Shown: piece by piece, positions 51,401 through 61,827 of the stretch | Layout: every line of letters begins with the position of its first letter | Numbering within the stretch: position 1 is the first letter of the stretch | DNA from: an uncultured Clostridiaceae bacterium | Lineage (GTDB): Bacteria; Bacillota; Clostridia; TANB77; CAG-508 | Direction of reading: 5' to 3' | Assembly: GCA_948444845.1 (NCBI GenBank) | Contig: CAOJVB010000002.1 | Location: 5,345-69,344 of the forward strand | DNA: 64,000 nucleotides | Translations under genes and position numbers: made by a program | The notes under the pieces: model-generated | Database searches by the model: none | Told to the model about the DNA's origin: nothing | What the model saw: the letters and a program-made list of their open reading frames with translations, nothing else

Positions 51401-51823
51401 ATGTTTAATATGGAAAAAATTATGAACTTAACTGCTAACGAAATCATTATTGTAAATGGTCTTAATGATGTAGCGAAAGAAGCAAAAGAGGCGGCAAAGC
51501 TAATTACATGTGTTTATACTTTCCCTATGAATAAAGACAAAATTAGAATATGGGGAGATGGATACAATGACGAGTACATTACACATGATGGTGTATGGCA
51601 GGCAAGGTATTTACATCAGACTTATGATGTTAAATGCACAGAAGATGAAATTTTTGATTATTTTAAGGCAGAATATTTAGTTGTAAATGGTTTTGCAAAT
51701 AAACACAGGGATAATGGTACTTATACAGAAGAAGGAGAAAAAGCTTATATTTGTCAATATTTTAGAACTTTTTTAGAAAAAACAAAAGCTCTTTATATGA
51801 AAAATATTGAAAAAAATAATTAG
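51401..51823 (+). CDS. orphan hypothetical protein
   Basis: AGGAGA RBS before ATG 51401 and TGTGCTAAAAT extended -10 upstream. Confidence 0.45.
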   Translation: MFNMEKIMNLTANEIIIVNGLNDVAKEAKEAAKLITCVYTFPMNKDKIRIWGDGYNDEYITHDGVWQARYLHQTYDVKCTEDEIFDYFKAEYLVVNGFANKHRDNGTYTEEGEKAYICQYFRTFLEKTKALYMKNIEKNN

Positions 51824-51961
51824 AAAAGTAATTAAAATATAATAAGGGGGAGCCTATTTTAGGGTTCCTCTTATTATATAGAAAATATTCGTTGAACAGA
51901 TAATTTTTTAATTGTTATTTCACAAGGAAATAATACAAGATTTTTTATTCGATTATATATT

Positions 51962-52750
51962 TTACTTTAAGTTATTAACAATTGAATAAAAATTCCTAAA
52001 ACTATACCCTTCACTTTTCAAATACTCAATCGAATCTTCTAATGCTAAAGAACTATTGCTTACATCTTTCGTATCGTGCATTAAAATAACTAAAGTATTT
52101 TTATTTTTAGAAGACTTTTTTAAATTGTTTAGTAATTGACTAGAGGTATACTTTTTTATAGAGTCATTATTTAAACAGTTCCAATCTATATAAGCATAAT
52201 TCATTTGAGAAAGAAGTTTAGCCATTTCTTTCTTTTTTGCTTTATATTGTGGAGACATAAAACCATTAGGAAATCTAAATATTGAAGAAGAGTAACCATC
52301 TACACCAATAGCTTTTCCAATAGCTATGTCAGTTTTTTTAATTTCATTTAAAAAGCTTTCAGAAGACTTATATAAGATGCTATTATTGTGGCTATAAGTA
52401 TGATTTGCAATATAATGCCCTTCGTCATAAGCCCTTTTCACAATTTCAGGGTGAGCTTCTACTGATTTACCTATAACAAAAAAAGAAGCCTTTACATTTT
52501 CTTTATCTAAAATATCTAAAATTTTTGGAGTAACCAAGCTAGGTCCATCATCAAAAGTTAAATAAGCAACTTTTTCCTTTCCCTTAACAAGGTTATTAAT
52601 ATTTGCAATGAAGTTATTTGAAAATGTATTACTACTACTACTGCGAAATTCGCCTGCTAAAGATAAAGAAGAAAGTAATATTAGAGTAATTATACAAATT
52701 ATTAAAAAACTAAAAAATAAATTTTTCTTAGAAAATATGAAAATCCTCAA
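51962..52750 (-). CDS. polysaccharide deacetylase (NodB homology domain)
   Basis: VAYLTFDDGPS..ASFFVIG..GHYIANHTYSH motifs plus an N-terminal signal anchor. Confidence 0.85.
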   Translation of the reverse strand: MRIFIFSKKNLFFSFLIICIITLILLSSLSLAGEFRSSSSNTFSNNFIANINNLVKGKEKVAYLTFDDGPSLVTPKILDILDKENVKASFFVIGKSVEAHPEIVKRAYDEGHYIANHTYSHNNSILYKSSESFLNEIKKTDIAIGKAIGVDGYSSSIFRFPNGFMSPQYKAKKKEMAKLLSQMNYAYIDWNCLNNDSIKKYTSSQLLNNLKKSSKNKNTLVILMHDTKDVSNSSLALEDSIEYLKSEGYSFRNFYSIVNNLK

Positions 52751-52959
52751 TATAACTCACCTCTATAATAAATATTATGATAATACTAGAATATTACTAC
52801 AAAATAACTTTTACTCGTTACAATTAAGTAAGAAATTATTATATAATGTATTGTTGTAAAAACACCTACAATTTATAATATTAAATGTAGTAAAATTATT
52901 GTTGCCTTTCAAAATTAATATTTTCAAAGGCATACCCCACCAATAAGGAGGAATTTATA

Positions 52960-53307
52960 ATGATTGAAAAGATTTTTCAAAAGCTATTAAAAAAGGCATA
53001 TCCTAATCGGAATTTTGAAGCAGTAAAAATTGGAAGAAGAATTTTTACAGTTACTCATGATTGCATAGGTGGTTTGACTTATTCTTTGTATGGAACTTAT
53101 TCCTATGAAGAAGTAAGAAAGCTTAATGAGCTTATTACCTATTCAGCAAGATATGGTTATTGTCCAGGTAAAGGCACTGTTGCAATTATAAGTTTTTGGT
53201 ATGACAGAAAGGACCAAGCTCTTGGCTTTAGTGATGTGTGGGAAAGTGGGGAGACACAGCCCCTTCTTTATAATATATTTGTATATTATGGTGAGAATAT
53301 TATATAA
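52960..53307 (+). CDS. orphan hypothetical protein; in-frame CGG
   Basis: AGGAGG RBS. CGG at 53008-53010. Confidence 0.45.
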   Translation: MIEKIFQKLLKKAYPNRNFEAVKIGRRIFTVTHDCIGGLTYSLYGTYSYEEVRKLNELITYSARYGYCPGKGTVAIISFWYDRKDQALGFSDVWESGETQPLLYNIFVYYGENII

Positions 53308-53406
53308 AATATTAAACATAAAATCTTTTGATAAGTATCATTATTTGATAAATAACAAAAAAATTATTTATAGTTAATAAAATTTGAATAATATATATAT
53401 ATTACA

Positions 53407-54180
53407 TCATTCTTTAATAAACAAAACTTTAGCAATATATGGGCTAATTTCAGAAATATCGTACCAACCAGAACTTTTACTATTATTTTCAAGCCCATTA
53501 GGATTAGAAACATACACCATATCATTACCATCACTTGCAAGCAAGACCATATAATGTGAAGCAGTTGTCCAGCGGTTGCTACTAGGTTTATTCCAAACAC
53601 ATATTAAAACAGGTTTGCCTTTTTCTAAATGATTTTTAATTGTTTCATTTGATAAAGAAGAACTATCATATAAAAAATCAGAATTTGCAATTCCAAAAGT
53701 ATATTGAAGTTCGTTAGAAATTCTATCGCCATTTAAAACAGGATAATACTTCTTTCTAAGGTCTTCAGGAGTATAACCTTTCCCATATCCACTTAGAATT
53801 ATAGAAATAGCAGTAATACCACAACCATCAGTCTCCATAGTATTGTCCCAATAAGGCTTGTCCTTCCAAGAAGAATTACCGTTTTGCTTATATTCTTTAT
53901 ATACCTTATTGTTAGCAGTTGAAAAAGTAGTAAAATATCCATCTTTATTATGCACCTTCTCTTGACCAACCCCAGCATAGTTAGAATTTTCATCTTGTTT
54001 TATAACTTCATAACTTGAATTCGAATTTAAAATATTGTTAATTAAATTACTAATATCAGTTACAATAGGAAATCTAGATTTAACAATAAAAAACAAACAG
54101 CAACTACATATACCAATAAACAACACAATTCTTTTTATATTCGATTTTACTCTTTTCTTTTTCTTCATTCTTTTATTCAT
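53407..54180 (-). CDS. secreted C39-like / papain-fold cysteine peptidase domain protein
   Basis: Signal anchor; TDGCGITAISIIL (catalytic Cys); ASHYMVLL (His). Confidence 0.65.
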   Translation of the reverse strand: MNKRMKKKKRVKSNIKRIVLFIGICSCCLFFIVKSRFPIVTDISNLINNILNSNSSYEVIKQDENSNYAGVGQEKVHNKDGYFTTFSTANNKVYKEYKQNGNSSWKDKPYWDNTMETDGCGITAISIILSGYGKGYTPEDLRKKYYPVLNGDRISNELQYTFGIANSDFLYDSSSLSNETIKNHLEKGKPVLICVWNKPSSNRWTTASHYMVLLASDGNDMVYVSNPNGLENNSKSSGWYDISEISPYIAKVLFIKE

Positions 54181-54380
54181 CGAAAATGTCCTTTCATAAA
54201 ATAAATACTTACTACAATTTCATTCTTATGTAATATGTACCTTTATTATATAAAAATTGAATTAAGACTGTTTTAAGAAAAGATGAATAAATTCTTAAAT
54301 TTTTCTTACATTTTTAGCTAAACAATGAAAATACAAATAATGTATGTTATAATTTAAATGAAAAGAGGGGAACATGTAAA

Positions 54381-55061
54381 ATGAATGTATTGGTATTAGA
54401 TGATGAAAAAGAAATTGCTGATTTAGTACAGTTATATTTAGAAAACGAAGATTACACAGTATATAAATACTACACTTCAGAAGAAGCAATAAAGTGTATA
54501 GATACAGTAAAATTAGACTTTGCTATATTAGATGTAATGATAAAAGGAAAAAATGGATTTGAAATATGCAAGTATATTAGAGATAAAAACTTAACATTTC
54601 CAATAATAATGCTTACAGCAAAAATAGAAGATAAAGATAAAATAACAGGACTAACAATAGGGGCAGATGACTATATAACAAAACCTTTCAATCCATTAGA
54701 ATTAGTAGCAAGGGTAAAAGCAGCAGCTAGAAGATACACAAAGTATAATGACAAAAATGAAGAAGAAAAAATATATATAGATGGCTTAGAAATTAGTAAG
54801 GAAAAACATAAATGCATATTATATGATGAAGAAATAATACTAACGCCAATAGAATTCGACATACTTCTATATTTAGCAAATAATAGGGGAATAGTAGTAA
54901 GTTCAGAAGAATTATTTGAAAAAGTATGGAAGGAAAAATATTTAGATAACAATAATACAGTAATGGTGCATATAAGAAGAATAAGAGAAAAGCTAAAAGA
55001 AGATACAAGAAAACCAAAATATATAAAAACAGTATGGGGAGTGGGATATAAAATTGAGTGA
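54381..55061 (+). CDS. OmpR-family response regulator
   Basis: VLVLDDE..ILDVMI..MLTAK..GADDYITKPF plus a winged-helix C-terminus ..IKTVWGVGYK. Confidence 0.9.
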   Translation: MNVLVLDDEKEIADLVQLYLENEDYTVYKYYTSEEAIKCIDTVKLDFAILDVMIKGKNGFEICKYIRDKNLTFPIIMLTAKIEDKDKITGLTIGADDYITKPFNPLELVARVKAAARRYTKYNDKNEEEKIYIDGLEISKEKHKCILYDEEIILTPIEFDILLYLANNRGIVVSSEELFEKVWKEKYLDNNNTVMVHIRRIREKLKEDTRKPKYIKTVWGVGYKIE

Positions 55062-56139
55062 AATAAAGGAATTTAATAGTATAAAAAATGGAATAGCTAT
55101 AAAAGCAGTACTGCAAATAATTTTATATACAGTTATTTGTATGTGTGCAGTAGCACTTCTAGTAGATGGTATTTTTAACGATGCAATAGCAGAAAGTATA
55201 TATGATGCAGACTTTTTTTTATATTACAAAGCAGTAGAACAAAAGCCAGCAATTATCTCAATAATAAGCATATTTGTAATGTTAATAGTAAGCTTTTTTG
55301 TAATAAGAAAAACAATGAATAATATAACAATTATAACATCATCAATAAATCAAATTATAAATAATCCAGATAGCCAGGTAAAATTACCAACAAGCTTAGC
55401 AATAGTAGAAAACAAATTAAATAATATAAGAATTGACTTAATAAAAAGTAGAGATGAAGCAAAAGAAGCTGAAAATAAGAAAAATGACTTAATAATGTAT
55501 ATGGCACACGACTTAAAAACACCATTAACATCTATAATAGGCTATTTAACTTTGCTAACAGAAGAAAAACCAATATCAAAAGAACTACAAGAAAAATACA
55601 TAAAAATAGCATTAGATAAATCTTTAAGGGTAGAAGAACTAACAAATCAGTTTTTCGAAATAACAAGATACAATTTACACGATATGCCAATAAATAAAAA
55701 GAAAATAGACTTATCGTTTTTACTAGAACAACTACTAGAAGAATGCTACCCAATGTTACAAGAAAAAATGCTAGAATATAAAGTAACAAAGCCAGAACAT
55801 GTTTATTTTATGGGAGATGGGGACAAACTAGCAAGAGCATTTGGAAACCTCATAAAGAATGCAATAAATTATAGTTATGAAAATACACAAATAGAAATAT
55901 TATTAGAACAAAATGCAGAAAAAATAAATATTACTTTTAAAAACAAAGGAGATAAAATACCAGAATACAAACTGGATAAAATATTTGACAAATTTTATAG
56001 AATAGATGAATCCAGAGCAAGTAAAAGCGGAGGAGCAGGTTTAGGACTTGCTATAACAAAGGAAATTGTTGAACTACATGGAGGAAATATATATGTAGCA
56101 AATGAAAATGATTTTGTTGAGTTTCATATAGAATTATAA
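55054..56139 (+). CDS. sensor histidine kinase
   Basis: Two TM segments, MAHDLKTPLTSIIGY H-box, NLIKNAINYS N-box, GGAGLGLAI G2-box. Overlaps the response-regulator stop. Confidence 0.9.
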   Translation: MSEIKEFNSIKNGIAIKAVLQIILYTVICMCAVALLVDGIFNDAIAESIYDADFFLYYKAVEQKPAIISIISIFVMLIVSFFVIRKTMNNITIITSSINQIINNPDSQVKLPTSLAIVENKLNNIRIDLIKSRDEAKEAENKKNDLIMYMAHDLKTPLTSIIGYLTLLTEEKPISKELQEKYIKIALDKSLRVEELTNQFFEITRYNLHDMPINKKKIDLSFLLEQLLEECYPMLQEKMLEYKVTKPEHVYFMGDGDKLARAFGNLIKNAINYSYENTQIEILLEQNAEKINITFKNKGDKIPEYKLDKIFDKFYRIDESRASKSGGAGLGLAITKEIVELHGGNIYVANENDFVEFHIEL

Positions 56140-56306
56140 ATATTAATTTTCTATATGAACGTAGTTACACTTCTAACCAATATGTTATTACATAATAATA
56201 AATGTTATTGGAAAAAATTTGATGATGCTAGAATAAACATAGAATATAAAAAAAGTGTGTAGGAATATTAAATTCCCAACACACTTTTTTACAGCTCTTT
56301 TTATGA

Positions 56307-57137
56307 TTATGAATTAAAAATATCCTGACATTGACCTGAAATGTCAATAACTGTTTTTGAATAGTTTTTATTATCCATGGATATTAGAACAACGAAATTA
56401 TCCTGCTCTATTTTAACACATATTTTAACTTTACCACAAGGAGTATTTTCAAGGACAAACATACTACTTGTAACATTCTTCTTGCCAATATTAGTGTTGT
56501 AACAGCTAGAGAGAAACTCTTTAACCATAGCTACTGTATAGTCTAATTCTTCTTTAGCTTTAAGGTAAAGCTCAATACTTTCTAAACTAATATCAATAAA
56601 TGTGCTTTTACTAATTCTTTCAATTTGTTCAATTTCATGCTTAGAGCTTAGCAAATTGATAAAGTTATCGATTGTACTTTGCGGAACATAGGAATTTACA
56701 TTTTTCCCAATATATTTCAATATCCATTCATAGTTTTCCCATACAGACGAACTATTGAAGCCATTCGATTCAAACTGAATTACATCTGAAAAGAACACAG
56801 TTAATTTGTCTCTTAATAAGTTCTCTATATTCTTAGGAAGCGGAGCAGCAATCTTTAGCAAAAGATGGCACATTTCGGCTACTTCATTAGAACTTAAATA
56901 AATATCATTTTCGTTAAAGCCTGGTGCGAACAAGCGATGTTGAAAACGATTATATTTTACAACATCTTCATTTTCAGCTTCAATAATGAAAAATGCATAC
57001 ACATCATCATCTAATTCACTAATAAGGTCGGCATCCTCACTAAATAATTCTTTAGTAAGAGAGCCATCTTCCCGCAAATGGCAAATACCACCATTAGCAT
57101 AAATTTTTGGAACTTTTAACAATGTAAACATAAACAA
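56307..57137 (-). CDS. hypothetical protein (orphan); in-frame CGG
   Basis: 276-aa ORF with GGAGG RBS. CGG at 57072-57074 (+ strand CCG) in CHLREDG. Confidence 0.45.
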   Translation of the reverse strand: MFMFTLLKVPKIYANGGICHLREDGSLTKELFSEDADLISELDDDVYAFFIIEAENEDVVKYNRFQHRLFAPGFNENDIYLSSNEVAEMCHLLLKIAAPLPKNIENLLRDKLTVFFSDVIQFESNGFNSSSVWENYEWILKYIGKNVNSYVPQSTIDNFINLLSSKHEIEQIERISKSTFIDISLESIELYLKAKEELDYTVAMVKEFLSSCYNTNIGKKNVTSSMFVLENTPCGKVKICVKIEQDNFVVLISMDNKNYSKTVIDISGQCQDIFNS

Positions 57138-57382
57138 TACCTCCTATAAAAAATATTTTACAATTAGTAGTCTTTCCAAGAAGAAAAATAGGATGCTACA
57201 TAATATGAGACCATTATAACAAATTCGACATAAAATTACAAGTCTTTTTATACTTTTTATCACATCACATTAGGAACGTACGACATTTGTTTTATGTTAG
57301 AATATGTAAAAAATTAAAACCTTACGAAAATGTAAGGTTTCTTTTTAAGTTTTGTGTTATAATAGAAATGGAGTTGATTGCA

Positions 57383-58057
57383 ATGCAAAAAATATTAATA
57401 GTAGAAGATGATGAAAAATTAAGAAATGAATTAAAAATATTTTTAGAAAAAAATGGTTATGAAGTAGAAATTTTACAAACTTTCAAAAATACAATAGAAG
57501 ACATTTTAAATATAAACCCTGATTTAGTTTTACTAGATATAAATTTACCAAATGTTGATGGACAGTATGTATGCAAAGAAATAAGAAAAACATCAAATAT
57601 GGGTATTATAATAGTAACAAGTAGAGATAGCGAAATAGATGAACTACTTTCAATAAACTATGGAGCAGACCACTACATTACCAAGCCATATAATATACAA
57701 ATATTACTTGCAAAAATAGCCTCATTATTAAGAAGGGCAAATGCAAATGGGAAAACTTCAGATAAAATAGACGCAAAAGATTTCATAATAAATACCTCAA
57801 ACAGCACAATAGAAAAGCAAGGGAAAGTAATAGAACTTACAAAAAATGAATACAAAATTTTAAAATTTTTAGTACAAAACAGAGAAAAAATAGTATCAAG
57901 AGAAGAAATAATGGACTGCTTATGGGAAACAGAAAGCTTTATAGATGATAATACTTTGACTGTAAATATAACTAGGTTAAGAAATAAATTAGAAGAAATA
58001 AATTTAAAGGAATTATTAGAGACAAGAAGAGGGCAGGGATATATACTAAGAAAGTAA
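57383..58057 (+). CDS. bceR: BceR-type OmpR-family response regulator
   Basis: MQKILIVEDDEKL..LLDINLP..GADHYITKPY..ETRRGQGY. Start chosen at the ATG after GGAG. Confidence 0.85.
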   Translation: MQKILIVEDDEKLRNELKIFLEKNGYEVEILQTFKNTIEDILNINPDLVLLDINLPNVDGQYVCKEIRKTSNMGIIIVTSRDSEIDELLSINYGADHYITKPYNIQILLAKIASLLRRANANGKTSDKIDAKDFIINTSNSTIEKQGKVIELTKNEYKILKFLVQNREKIVSREEIMDCLWETESFIDDNTLTVNITRLRNKLEEINLKELLETRRGQGYILRK

Positions 58058-58067
58058 GTAGTAGTAG

Positions 58068-58158
58068 ATTGGGGACGGTTCCTAATCGGAAACAAGATAG
58101 AGAAAAATTACAAGTGATAAACCCAAATAATCTGGATATATTAGGAACTGTCCCCAAT
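58068..58158. repeat. family-A inverted-repeat element
   Basis: ATTGGGGACGGTTCCTAAT ... ATTAGGAACTGTCCCCAAT; near-perfect 19-bp terminal inverted repeats. Confidence 0.7.
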
Positions 58159-58401
58159 CGGAAACCAATAGAAAAATGTAAAATAAGCCACCTTATGCAT
58201 TTATATATATTAAAATAAAAATCGAACCCTCCAAGACAAGGGGTATTCAACTGCCGAGGGTGGGCTGTCGGGCTTCAATTTTGATTTTAATATATATAAA
58301 CACATAAGGTTACTCTACAAATTGTTATTTGGCACTTTTTTAGTATATTCCTAAGCAATTTTAAGCTACTTCATTATATATAACAAGAAAAGGAGCAATT
58401 T

Positions 58402-59421
58402 ATGAAATTTAAAGATTTTTTTAAAGATAAAATCATAACAGCAATTTTACTACTATTTGCAATTGCAACAATTGAAATATTTTTAATTGCATATCCAATT
58501 GCTAATTTTATAAAAATATATATACCTATAATAACCATAGGACTTTATATAATAGGAATTACAATTGAATATTTAGTAAAGAAACAATTTTACAAAAATT
58601 TAATAATAACACTAGAAGAATTAGAAGATAAATACTTAATTACAGAAATAATAAAATCTCCTAATTTTATAGAAGGAAAAATATTAAAGAATTCATTAGA
58701 ACAAATAAATAAATCAATGTTAGAAAATGTAAATAAATACAAATATATGCTAGAAGACTACAAAGAATATATAGAGTTATGGATTCACGAAATAAAATAT
58801 CCAATTGCAACAAGTAAAATGGTAATAGAAAACAATAAAAGTGAAGTAACAAAAAGCATAGACGAAGAAATAGAAAAAATAGAAAACTATATAGAACAAG
58901 CGTTATTTTATGCACGAAGCAGTACAGTAGAAAAAGACTATTATATAAGAAAAACAAGCCTTCAACAAATTGTAAATGAAAGCATAAAGAAAAACAAAAA
59001 TATATTAATAGCAAAAAAGATATCATTAAACATTCATAACATAGAAAACAATGTAAATACAGATAGTAAATGGATCGTATTTATATTAAATCAAATTATA
59101 CAAAATAGTATAAAATATATGAAAAATAGTGAGCCATCACAAATAGAAATATATGCAAAACAGCAAAAAGAAAATGTAATATTATATGTAAAAGATAATG
59201 GAATAGGAATAAAAAGAGGAGAAATTACCCGAGTATTCGAAAAAGGTTTCACAGGAACAAATGGAAGAGAAACAAACAAAAAGTCCACAGGAATAGGTCT
59301 ATACTTATGTAAAAAACTTTGTAACAAACTAGGAATAGCAATAGAACTTAATTCTCAGCAAAATGAAGGAACAGAAGTAAGATTAGTGTTTCCAAAAGGT
59401 AGCTATGTTGAAATCGAATAA
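58402..59421 (+). CDS. bceS: BceS-type intramembrane-sensing histidine kinase
   Basis: Two N-terminal TM helices with almost no extracellular loop. WIHEIKYPIAT H-box; IQNSIKY; GIGLYLCKKL. Confidence 0.85.
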   Translation: MKFKDFFKDKIITAILLLFAIATIEIFLIAYPIANFIKIYIPIITIGLYIIGITIEYLVKKQFYKNLIITLEELEDKYLITEIIKSPNFIEGKILKNSLEQINKSMLENVNKYKYMLEDYKEYIELWIHEIKYPIATSKMVIENNKSEVTKSIDEEIEKIENYIEQALFYARSSTVEKDYYIRKTSLQQIVNESIKKNKNILIAKKISLNIHNIENNVNTDSKWIVFILNQIIQNSIKYMKNSEPSQIEIYAKQQKENVILYVKDNGIGIKRGEITRVFEKGFTGTNGRETNKKSTGIGLYLCKKLCNKLGIAIELNSQQNEGTEVRLVFPKGSYVEIE

Positions 59422-59487
59422 AGATAATAATCGTAGATAAATAAAAAAATCCCAAACAACAATAGTTGCTTGAGATTTTCTATTTGC

Positions 59488-59700
59488 TTATGCCAATTTG
59501 AAAATCGTAAAATCAAAGTGGCAATCTTCAAAGGCAATATCTTTTCGGAAAGGCTGTACTTCATTAGAAAACAGTTCCTTTCTTAATTTGTCCATAGCTT
59601 CATTTTTATTTTTTACTTTTGAGCTATATTCGGCAGCACCACGACACCGTCTAAAACGCTTACCTTGTATAGAAACATTGCAATTATAAAAATATAACAT
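59488..59700 (-). CDS. orphan small protein; in-frame CGG
   Basis: 70-aa ORF with GGAGG RBS. CGG at 59647-59649 (+ strand CCG) in KRFRRCRG. Confidence 0.4.
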   Translation of the reverse strand: MLYFYNCNVSIQGKRFRRCRGAAEYSSKVKNKNEAMDKLRKELFSNEVQPFRKDIAFEDCHFDFTIFKLA

Positions 59701-60177
59701 ATTTTTATTTCCTCCAAATTATGATAAAAGTTAATTTGTTACAATATATAGTATATCAAATGATTAACATAAAGTCAATAAAATATATAAAAAAGATAGA
59801 ATTTCATAATTAATCATAAAAAAAATAAATATACATAAAATAGTATTGACAAATAATGTTTTGCTAATTAGAGAGCAAATAAAATAAAGTCTAATGAACA
59901 AATTTAATATGGGGCTAAAACAATATATAAGTTTTAGCTCTATTTTTTATTTTTAGAAATGACAAAAATATAAAGCAGTAGACAATATTGCATTTGGATT
60001 AATCTTTTCAGATATATTAAAAATAAAAGAGAAATTGAGATAAAGAAAAAATATTTAGTACTAGCATTTTATTTAGAAACGTGATAAAATAAACAAGAAT
60101 AAATTTTATAATCTCCTTAAGGAGCAAACATATATAACGAGTAAACAACGCAATTAATATTGAAGGCGGAAAAAAGT

Positions 60178-60546
60178 ATGCAAATTTATGGTTTAGAAAA
60201 AGGCTTAGGTGCAAAGGATGAGGCAAAGAGAATCGAAGATAATGAAGTAGTTTATGGACTTGCAGCTATTGAAGTTGATGATGAAAAGTCATACCTAATT
60301 AGACTGTTTGAAACAGATGACTTTACAGACGGAGTACCAGCACTTGCTCATTATGTTGCAGTTTGGACAAATTCAGTTACTGAAATAGAAGATGAAGACA
60401 ATACATGCCAAAACTGTGGAGAATGTAAGTGCTTTTCTTGTGAGTACAGAGAAGGCGGACATGGAGGAGATTGCTTAGGAAGATGTGACGGTTGTGAAGA
60501 TGAACCACTTGATGAATGTCCATGTTTTAAATATGCAGATTGGTAA
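60178..60546 (+). CDS. orphan acidic, Cys-rich small protein
   Basis: ATG 60178 after GAAGGCGGA. C-terminal CQNCGECKCFSCEY..CLGRCDGCEDEPLDECPC Cys cluster. GC-richer codons. Confidence 0.45.
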   Translation: MQIYGLEKGLGAKDEAKRIEDNEVVYGLAAIEVDDEKSYLIRLFETDDFTDGVPALAHYVAVWTNSVTEIEDEDNTCQNCGECKCFSCEYREGGHGGDCLGRCDGCEDEPLDECPCFKYADW

Positions 60547-60632
60547 AATAATTTATATAGCTCCTTGAGAATTATATATTTATAAAAGAATAACTGATAT
60601 ATAATTTGCAAAGAACCTAAATTTATACATAA

Positions 60633-61562
60633 TTATAATTTTAATAATTTCTTATAATTTTCAGGAAATCCCATCCTATCTAAAACATTTTGAATTTCTA
60701 TAGTAGTAATAGATTTTTGAAGTTTTTGAATATTTTTAATAAACTCAGAATAAAAGCAATTAAAATCTTCTTTAGTCAATAATAACTTTAAACATATTAC
60801 AATAGAAAATAAATCTCTAGTCGCATACTTATAATTTCCATTTATATTTTTGATATTTAATTTTTTATGATAAATAGTTGAAAATATCCTACTTTTCATC
60901 TTTATATCATATAGTTTTTCATCATGAGCACAAATATTTCTAATTAGAGTTAAATTATGCAATATAACTTTAAATTCATTTATTTGTAAGTTGTATTTCC
61001 TGCTAATTGCATTTTGCTCTTTGGGTTTCATTATGCTATAAAATTTTGAGATTTTACCAAATGATAATATACGAACTAATACCCATAAAGGAATATAATG
61101 ATAGTTATCTATATAGTGAATAATCATTTTATTCGAATTCTTATATTGATATTGTATTTCTAAATTTACATCATCTATAAATTTTTTTATAAGGGATATT
61201 TTAGTATCAGAATTATTAAGATTATCAGGAATTAAATAATTTTTATGTCCATAAGATTTAGAATATTCATATGCTATATATGTATTAATTTGGTTTTCAA
61301 TTAATAATAAATATTCTAAAAAAAGAATTTTAATATTTTTATCAAAAAGGTAAAGAGAGTATAGTTCTTCTATTTTAGTACCATTAATATAAGTTTCTAT
61401 ATTGCTTTTATCATTTAAAAATAAGTCTTTATATCCATTAATCAAATAATAATAATTATTATCATTTAATAAGTTATGTACTTTATTGTAATCTTCTATT
61501 AAAATATTTCTTGATTTTAAAATTTGTATTTGTTCGGCTATAGATTTAAAAGTTTTTTCCAA
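60633..61562 (-). CDS. Abi_2 (AbiD/AbiF-like) abortive-infection family protein
   Basis: ..YYYLINGYKDLFL..ELYSLYLFDKNIK..IENQINTYIAYE..LTLIRNICAHDEKLYD is the characteristic Abi_2 layout, including R-N-x-x-A-H. Confidence 0.7.
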   Translation of the reverse strand: MEKTFKSIAEQIQILKSRNILIEDYNKVHNLLNDNNYYYLINGYKDLFLNDKSNIETYINGTKIEELYSLYLFDKNIKILFLEYLLLIENQINTYIAYEYSKSYGHKNYLIPDNLNNSDTKISLIKKFIDDVNLEIQYQYKNSNKMIIHYIDNYHYIPLWVLVRILSFGKISKFYSIMKPKEQNAISRKYNLQINEFKVILHNLTLIRNICAHDEKLYDIKMKSRIFSTIYHKKLNIKNINGNYKYATRDLFSIVICLKLLLTKEDFNCFYSEFIKNIQKLQKSITTIEIQNVLDRMGFPENYKKLLKL

Positions 61563-61827
61563 TATTTACCTCCTAGAATGTAAAAAAAATGACCTCGAAC
61601 CCATAGGTTAACCGAGGTACGATCTACTATAAATAGTATAACATCGCTACTTGACTTTGTCAATAAAAATGTTAAAATTTCTATTTATATATTATTATTA
61701 TATTAGAAATAATATATATTTATACATAATTTAATATAATGACTAGACATTTTTATGTAAATGTGATAAAATATATAGTAGATAACAAGTAAAATTGATT
61801 TGCCTTGTAAGGTAAGGAGGATAATAT

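Noticed and set aside
58215-58285. A tRNA gene in the GC-rich core of the AT palindrome.
   Set aside because: Only a GGAGGGTTCGAT half T-arm is present. No acceptor, D or anticodon arms can be drawn.
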